Shown here: positions 58,829 to 64,000 of the stretch, in pieces
Position numbering within the stretch: position 1 is the stretch's first letter
How the letters are laid out: every line of letters begins with the position of its first letter
Assembly: GCA_964391975.1 (NCBI GenBank)
Contig: CAYMNZ010000001.1
Span: 132,465 to 196,464 of the forward strand
Length of the DNA stretch: 64,000 nucleotides
Source: an uncultured Candidatus Saccharibacteria bacterium
GTDB taxonomy: Bacteria > Patescibacteriota > Minisyncoccia > Phycocordibacterales > Phycocordibacteraceae
Reading direction: 5' to 3'
Notes under the pieces: model-generated
Databases searched by the model: none
Told to the model about the DNA's origin: nothing
What the model saw: the letters and a program-made list of their open reading frames with translations, nothing else
Position numbers and translations under genes: made by a program

Positions 58829-59735
58829 GCCAGAGGTAGATATCCTCAAGCGCCTTCACAGCGTCGCCTGCAGCGATGTTGTTCTGGTGGTAGAGCTCGT
58901 CGGTGCAGTCTCCTGCGGCCCATACGCCCTCAATGGGGGTGCGCTGATTGCGAGGGTCTGCGGTGACGCGCTTGAACTTGTCCATAGGAAGGAAGCCGTC
59001 GGCGAAGTCAGTGTTTGGAATCACACCAATTTCAACGAAGACACCGGTGACCGGAAGCGTGGTCTTCTCCTTCGTAACAGAGTCTTCAACCACCACACCC
59101 GAGACAAACTTCTCGCCCAAAATTTCTACGGGCTGCGAGTTAGGCATACCCTTCATGTTTGGGTGTGCGAGCACCTTGTTGACCGTAATAGCATCGGCAC
59201 CATACTCGGCGCTGCGATGAAGAAGGGTAACGGTCTTCGCATACGCAAGGAGCTGCGCAGCAGTCTCAAAGCCTGCATTGCCACCACCCACCACCACGAC
59301 ATCTTGTCCGGAGAAGAGAGGACCATCGCAGGAAGCACAGTACACGACACCTTTGTTTTCAAACTGCGCTGCCCCTGGGATATCAAGCTTGCGACGACCT
59401 GCACCGGAAGCGACGAGAACTGCACGGGCGACGTATTCCTTTTCTCCCGCAGTAACAGCAAAGCCCTCACCTGATTTACCAATCTTAGTGACGCGCACTC
59501 CTTCAACAACCTCAACGAACTCTCCCTTGTACGCAAAGAGGTGCTCTTTGAGCACTTTGGCAAGCTCACTTCCTGGAATCTTGATAGTACCAATCCAGTT
59601 CTCGACGCCCTCAGAGACGGTGGACTGTCCGCCGAACTCCTCGGTGATGAGAATAGTTTTTAATTGTTTGCGAGCGGCATAGACGCCTGCAGCAACTCCT
59701 GCTGGTCCGCCGCCGATGATGATGAGGTCATGCAT
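58815..59735 (-). CDS. trxB: Thioredoxin reductase / AhpF-like disulfide reductase
   Basis: IIGGGPAG, YCASCDGP, VVGGGNAG, AAGDCTD. Confidence 0.88.
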   Translation of the reverse strand: MHDLIIIGGGPAGVAAGVYAARKQLKTILITEEFGGQSTVSEGVENWIGTIKIPGSELAKVLKEHLFAYKGEFVEVVEGVRVTKIGKSGEGFAVTAGEKEYVARAVLVASGAGRRKLDIPGAAQFENKGVVYCASCDGPLFSGQDVVVVGGGNAGFETAAQLLAYAKTVTLLHRSAEYGADAITVNKVLAHPNMKGMPNSQPVEILGEKFVSGVVVEDSVTKEKTTLPVTGVFVEIGVIPNTDFADGFLPMDKFKRVTADPRNQRTPIEGVWAAGDCTDELYHQNNIAAGDAVKALEDIYLWLKAR

Positions 59736-59751
59736 AGTCGAGAGAGTATAG

Positions 59752-59778
59752 CAGAAACCCCGCTTTCGCGGGGCTCTG
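59752..59778 (-). terminator. Terminator after ftsZ
   Basis: Minus strand CAGAGCCCCGC-GAAA-GCGGGGTTTCTG. Confidence 0.75.
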
Positions 59779-59785
59779 GATAACG

Positions 59786-61003
59786 TTATTTATTCTTGTT
59801 CCTTCGAAGGAAGGAAGGGATGACGCCGAAACCGTTGTCGTCTTCCTCGACAATCGGGGTGACAGGCTTCTCCTCACGGCGCTGGGGCTGTGCAGTAACC
59901 ACAGGCTCCTCCTTCTTGCGAGGGGCGTCCTCTTCAGGCTCCTTGCGCTCAAGGACGTCGTTGTAAATCTTGCCGCGGGTGTCGGTCTGCTCCTTAGGCG
60001 TAAGGGAGAAGAGAGAGCGCTCGCCCATAGTCGTCTCGCCAGTGCCCTCTGGGAAGCCCGTAGCGATGACGATGATGCGAATCTGGCCCTTCTTGAGCTT
60101 CTCGTCGCGCATGATACCGAAGATGACCTTGGCAGTCTTGTCGACGGACTCGGAGACGACCTTGGCTGCCTCCTGCACTTCGAGGATGCCGAGGTCTTCG
60201 TTGCCTGCGACCACGAAGAGCACGCCCTTGGCTCCTGCGATAGAGACATCGAGGAGTGGGGAATTGACGGCCTGCGTTGCTGCATCCTTGGCGCGGTTGT
60301 CGCCCTCGGAAATACCAATACCCATGAGTGCAGGACCTGCACCTTCCATGATGGCCTTAATGTCGTTGAAGTCGGTGTTGATTTCACCGGGAGTGACGAT
60401 GATGTCAGAGACACCTTCCACTGCCTGGCGAAGAATCTCGTCACAGAGTGCAAACGCGCTCTTGGCTGAGGTGTTTGGCTCAACAATGGCGAGGAGCTTG
60501 TCGTTGGGAATGATGATGAACGCATCTACCTCCTTCTTGAGTTCAGCAAGACCGCGGTCAGCAATATCCTTGCGCTGTGCGCCCTCAAACGAGAACGGAC
60601 GAGTGACTACGGCGACCGTAAGTGCTCCCATCTCCTTGGCAATCTTTGCAATTACTGCAGAAGCGCCGGTGCCAGTACCACCGCCCATACCACAGGTGAT
60701 GAACACCATGTCGGAACCCTGGAGTCCTTCCTGAATTTCCTGGCGGGTTTCTTCTGCTGCGCGACGTCCGAGGTCGGGGTTCATGCCGGCACCAAGACCG
60801 CGGGTGAGGTTCTTGCCGATGTGAATCTTGCGCTTGGCGAGGGAGCGGTGAAGGTCCTGCGCATCGGTGTTGATGGCGATGAACTCAACTCCCTTCACTT
60901 TGGAGTTGATCATGTGGTTCACGGCGTTTAAGCCCGAACCGCCCACACCGACGACCCGTATCCGGGCAAACGTCTCGATTTCAGGCACGATGCGCTTAGA
61001 CAT
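59786..61003 (-). CDS. ftsZ: Cell division protein FtsZ
   Basis: VGVGGSG.NA, NTDAQ, GMGGGTGTG, C-terminal IPSFLRR. Confidence 0.98.
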   Translation of the reverse strand: MSKRIVPEIETFARIRVVGVGGSGLNAVNHMINSKVKGVEFIAINTDAQDLHRSLAKRKIHIGKNLTRGLGAGMNPDLGRRAAEETRQEIQEGLQGSDMVFITCGMGGGTGTGASAVIAKIAKEMGALTVAVVTRPFSFEGAQRKDIADRGLAELKKEVDAFIIIPNDKLLAIVEPNTSAKSAFALCDEILRQAVEGVSDIIVTPGEINTDFNDIKAIMEGAGPALMGIGISEGDNRAKDAATQAVNSPLLDVSIAGAKGVLFVVAGNEDLGILEVQEAAKVVSESVDKTAKVIFGIMRDEKLKKGQIRIIVIATGFPEGTGETTMGERSLFSLTPKEQTDTRGKIYNDVLERKEPEEDAPRKKEEPVVTAQPQRREEKPVTPIVEEDDNGFGVIPSFLRRNKNK

Positions 61004-61113
61004 ATGAATAGAGTAAGACTGCTAACAACCTAGCCCCCGCTAGACTGGCGGTAATCATAACAGGGTATGACGCCTTGCAAAGATTGACGCCTTGTCAATA
61101 CCGTATCGTAATT

Positions 61114-62289
61114 TTAAGGGAGAAACTGACGGAAAAAGCGTGTGAGGGAGGTCTTCATGCCAGCAAGTGAGGCTTTGCCGCTACTTGGGCCACCACTCAT
61201 CTCTCCAGTGAGCCCCCAGAGCGCGAGTCCGTAGGCAACTGCCCAGGTTGCGTCCTTTATTTTGGCATCTGGAGCAACGCGAATATCTGCAATGCGCGAA
61301 GGAAGTGAAAGCGAACCTTTTGCGATGTCGCTTATCGAACCTTGGCCGGCGCCACCACCTGAAAGAATGATGCCAGCAGGAAGCGCACCGCGCTTGCCGA
61401 TAGCTTTGAGGTGCTTGTCGATTAAATCAAACATGCCTTTGAAGCGCGCGCCCATAATGTCGTCAACGCGCTTGCGCGGATACATGGCGCCTGAGAGTCG
61501 CCCAAGCTTAATGCGCTCTGCATCCTCCAAGGAGACCTTGAATCCAAGTGCAAGATCATCCGTGATGCTGCTTGAGCCTGAAGGGAAGACCTTGAGCGAA
61601 ATAGGAACACCTTCGTCGTAGACCACGATAGAGACAGTCTCGGCACCAATGTTAGCCAGCACACAACCTTTCATCTTCTGGTCTTTGGCGAGCGTCACGT
61701 AGGAGCCAGCGAGTGGAGAAGCCATACAGTCGATGACTTCCACATCCGCATTCTCAACTGCGTTGGTGAGCGCATCAGCGTGGCTCTCAAGGCAGGTAAT
61801 AAAAAGGAAGTCGCCCTCAAGTCGTGTGCCCTTCATACCAAGCGGCTCGCCCAAACTCTTCACCCCATCAACGCTCCAGCCAAGCGGAATCTCGTGGAGG
61901 ATGCGGCGGTTCAAAAATGCAGGAGAGGCGGCCTGACGTGCAGACTCCTGTGCCTTCTCAATATCGAGCTCAGTAATCTCTGCGTCTGCGCGCGAAATAA
62001 TGGCAGTACCTGTGCCGCGCGTCTCATCAAGTGAGATACCGCCGATGGCAAGAAAGCCGCTCTTAATAGGGAGGCGAGCTACCTGCTCTGCCTGACGCTT
62101 AGCGCGCCGTATGCTCTCAGCCACGTCGTCTACATCAACGACGTACCCATGCCGCATGCCTGCGGTCTCTGCTATGCCGGTGCCAATGATGCGGAGCCCG
62201 GGGCCTTCGCTATCGCGTACCTCCTCGACGACTACCACCTTTACTTGGTGACTTCCGATGTCGATTCCCGTTGCGATTCTTCGTGCCAT
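61114..62289 (-). CDS. ftsA: Cell division protein FtsA
   Basis: GIDIGSHQVK, GMRHGYV, NIGAET, AERIKL, LSGGGA; adjacent to ftsZ. Confidence 0.92.
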   Translation of the reverse strand: MARRIATGIDIGSHQVKVVVVEEVRDSEGPGLRIIGTGIAETAGMRHGYVVDVDDVAESIRRAKRQAEQVARLPIKSGFLAIGGISLDETRGTGTAIISRADAEITELDIEKAQESARQAASPAFLNRRILHEIPLGWSVDGVKSLGEPLGMKGTRLEGDFLFITCLESHADALTNAVENADVEVIDCMASPLAGSYVTLAKDQKMKGCVLANIGAETVSIVVYDEGVPISLKVFPSGSSSITDDLALGFKVSLEDAERIKLGRLSGAMYPRKRVDDIMGARFKGMFDLIDKHLKAIGKRGALPAGIILSGGGAGQGSISDIAKGSLSLPSRIADIRVAPDAKIKDATWAVAYGLALWGLTGEMSGGPSSGKASLAGMKTSLTRFFRQFLP

Positions 62290-62671
62290 TGTGTAGAGAT
62301 ACGAACCGGGCAAGCAGTGCCCGCTCTCGTTTCTCCATTGTAGGGCCATGAGGCATTCCCTTCAAATGCAGGAGTGCGTGGATAAACAAGAATGCGACGA
62401 ATTGAGGGTACGAAAGGTCGTAGTCAGGAGCTTGGGACTTGGCTACTTGAAGGCAGATGATGACCTCACCGCTCTTGGTATCAGAGGCATACGAGAGCAC
62501 GTTCGGAACGTAGCTCTTCTTTCTGAGGCTTTGGTTAAGACGCTTAGCCTCGGTTGGTCCAACAAACGCAAGAGACACTTCCCATGAAGGAAGTAGTGCT
62601 TTCGCTATGCGTGTAAAAGGAACACCCGGCACAGGGCGCCGGGTGAGGTTTCGAATACTGACTGCAGGCAT
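62210..62671 (-). CDS. ybeY: rRNA maturation RNase YbeY
   Basis: LN..LR.K..PNVLSY, HALLHLKGMPH. Confidence 0.9.
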   Translation of the reverse strand: MPAVSIRNLTRRPVPGVPFTRIAKALLPSWEVSLAFVGPTEAKRLNQSLRKKSYVPNVLSYASDTKSGEVIICLQVAKSQAPDYDLSYPQFVAFLFIHALLHLKGMPHGPTMEKRERALLARFVSLHNGTKNRNGNRHRKSPSKGGSRRGGTR

Positions 62672-62676
62672 TTAGG

Positions 62677-62934
62677 CTACTTGCGGCGACCGCGGGCGAG
62701 AGCTGCTGGGTCAATCTTGCCGAGCTTCACGTCCTCGTTGTACTTGGAACGGCGAGCGCTCTTTATCATGGCGCGGGCGTGGTCAACGTTCTTGGACTTC
62801 TGGCGGGCGTAGTAGCGGCGCTTGCGGAGAGCACGGACAAGACCCAGGGTCTGGGCCCGGCGGGAGAAACGGCGGATAAGCGACGCAGAACTCTCGTTCT
62901 TGCTGCGCTTCACCTCTACGCGTATTGCATCCAT
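62677..62934 (-). CDS. rpsU: 30S ribosomal protein bS21-like
   Basis: V.V...ES...LIRRF.R, R.RRYY; very basic. Confidence 0.75.
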   Translation of the reverse strand: MDAIRVEVKRSKNESSASLIRRFSRRAQTLGLVRALRKRRYYARQKSKNVDHARAMIKSARRSKYNEDVKLGKIDPAALARGRRK

Positions 62935-62965
62935 AGTCCCGGGATACTAGCACGGGGGTTGCCGA

Positions 62966-63460
62966 CTAGGCAACTCCCTTTGAAACGGCGGCGAACACCG
63001 TCCCATCAAACCAGGCCTCTCCGTATCCTTCGCGGCGGTCCGTCAGTATGCGCAGCGACCGTTTACCGCCCTCCTTGGTGATGGCGAATACGTAGTTGTG
63101 TCCTGCAAGCTTAATCTGGGTCCCGAGTGCTAATCCTTCGGCTTCGGTATTTGCGAGCGCTGAGGCGAGAAGCTGGCGAATAGTTGCGGGCGCGAGTCCT
63201 TCCTGTTTCAGACGCTCTATAGCCGCTTCGCTCGTGAGGCGGACATCGTAACGTTTCTCAATGGGTACAAAGGGTTCGGTTGATTCTGGAAGCGAGGTGA
63301 CGCGCCCCTCGTTGTACACGTCCATGAGTGTTGTCAGCTCGATTTTGAGCCCATGGGTTTTATCAAGCTTCCGTATAAGTTCCGGTACCGCGTCGCGTGG
63401 GTCAACGCGTACCGTCTCCGGTTGAGTCGTGCTAGGTGAAGGCGTCGTCTCCGGTCCCAT
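62966..63460 (-). CDS. Hypothetical protein
   Basis: ORF 2 nt after the upstream gene; Pro/Thr-rich N-terminus. Confidence 0.55.
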   Translation of the reverse strand: MGPETTPSPSTTQPETVRVDPRDAVPELIRKLDKTHGLKIELTTLMDVYNEGRVTSLPESTEPFVPIEKRYDVRLTSEAAIERLKQEGLAPATIRQLLASALANTEAEGLALGTQIKLAGHNYVFAITKEGGKRSLRILTDRREGYGEAWFDGTVFAAVSKGVA

Positions 63461-63462
63461 GT

Positions 63463-63999
63463 TTACGCAACGGCACGAAGCCTATCTACCAACGTATCAA
63501 ACGGAATGAAGGTTTCTGTGTGGGTAGCGCGCTCACGAAGAATGACCGAGCGCTCAAGTGCCTCTTTGCGACCCATGATGATGAGGTAGCGAGGGTTAGA
63601 AATCTCAGCAAGGCGCATCTGTTCAGTGAGGGACTCAACGCCAATGGACTGCATCATAGGAATGCGGGCACGCCTGAGGTGGTCAGCCATCTTCATGCTC
63701 TCGCGCTTTGCTTCGTCTCCGATGTGCACGAACACGAAGCGAGGCGCTCCACGCTCTTTGTGCGGAGGGATGGTGGCCTTCGTGTCCATAGTGATGCGCA
63801 CCACAGCACCCACTGACGGCATCGCGCTCTTGAAGAAGGACTTGCCCATATCGTTGTAGCGAGAGCCCCAGGCCTTGATGCGCCCGTCTGCCGTCTCAAT
63901 AGAGAAACAGGTTTCCGTCCATGCGTTGCCCCGAGACAGAAGCTGCGGCGTGAGTTCGTACGGAGTATCGGTAGATTCTAGATACTCAAGCACCGCCTC
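63463..63999 (-). CDS. HisRS-like protein, C-terminal part with anticodon-binding domain (5' end outside window)
   Basis: GSRYN, SLTEQMRLA, YLIIMG..E....VILRE; catalytic motifs degenerate. Confidence 0.7.
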   Translation of the reverse strand, partial: EAVLEYLESTDTPYELTPQLLSRGNAWTETCFSIETADGRIKAWGSRYNDMGKSFFKSAMPSVGAVVRITMDTKATIPPHKERGAPRFVFVHIGDEAKRESMKMADHLRRARIPMMQSIGVESLTEQMRLAEISNPRYLIIMGRKEALERSVILRERATHTETFIPFDTLVDRLRAVA

Positions 64000-64000
64000 A

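Noticed and set aside
62210-62289. 80-nt ybeY/ftsA overlap as a programmed frameshift
   Set aside because: Both domains are complete without a shift, and no slippery site is evident; likely stop-codon drift

Overview
A densely packed bacterial chromosome segment, genetic code 11, with mostly housekeeping genes: mltG, typA, a DEAD-box helicase, msrA/B, nth, a mutY-like gene, rnj, secG, groES/EL, lemA-htpX, a partial rib operon, rnpB, murJ, lepA, valS, tsaC/D, ahcY, trxB, ftsA/Z, ybeY, rpsU and 7 tRNAs. The gene content, short proteins and many orphans suggest a Patescibacteria/CPR (Parcubacteria-like) genome; this is inference. I see no integrase, transposase, prophage, CRISPR or rRNA. The main unexplained signals are: (1) a family of ~24-bp sites, GGTT(C/T)(G/C)AA-N11/12-CAGC, two of which look like tRNA-Gln 3' ends (T-arm plus acceptor strand); they sit exactly at the boundaries of accessory genes and suggest a tRNA-derived, integron-like single-gene cassette system; (2) a window-wide leaderless or near-leaderless promoter layout (TAnnnT 6-9 nt before ATG), including single palindromic -10 boxes serving divergent genes; (3) ORFs fused directly to tRNA ends; (4) a structured RNA leader on the DEAD-box helicase, and RGG-rich tails on both the helicase and RNase J; (5) an L,D-transpeptidase/D,D-carboxypeptidase fusion preceded by an unannotated 29-aa membrane peptide. 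All calls were made by eye from the sequence and motifs; no database searches were run.
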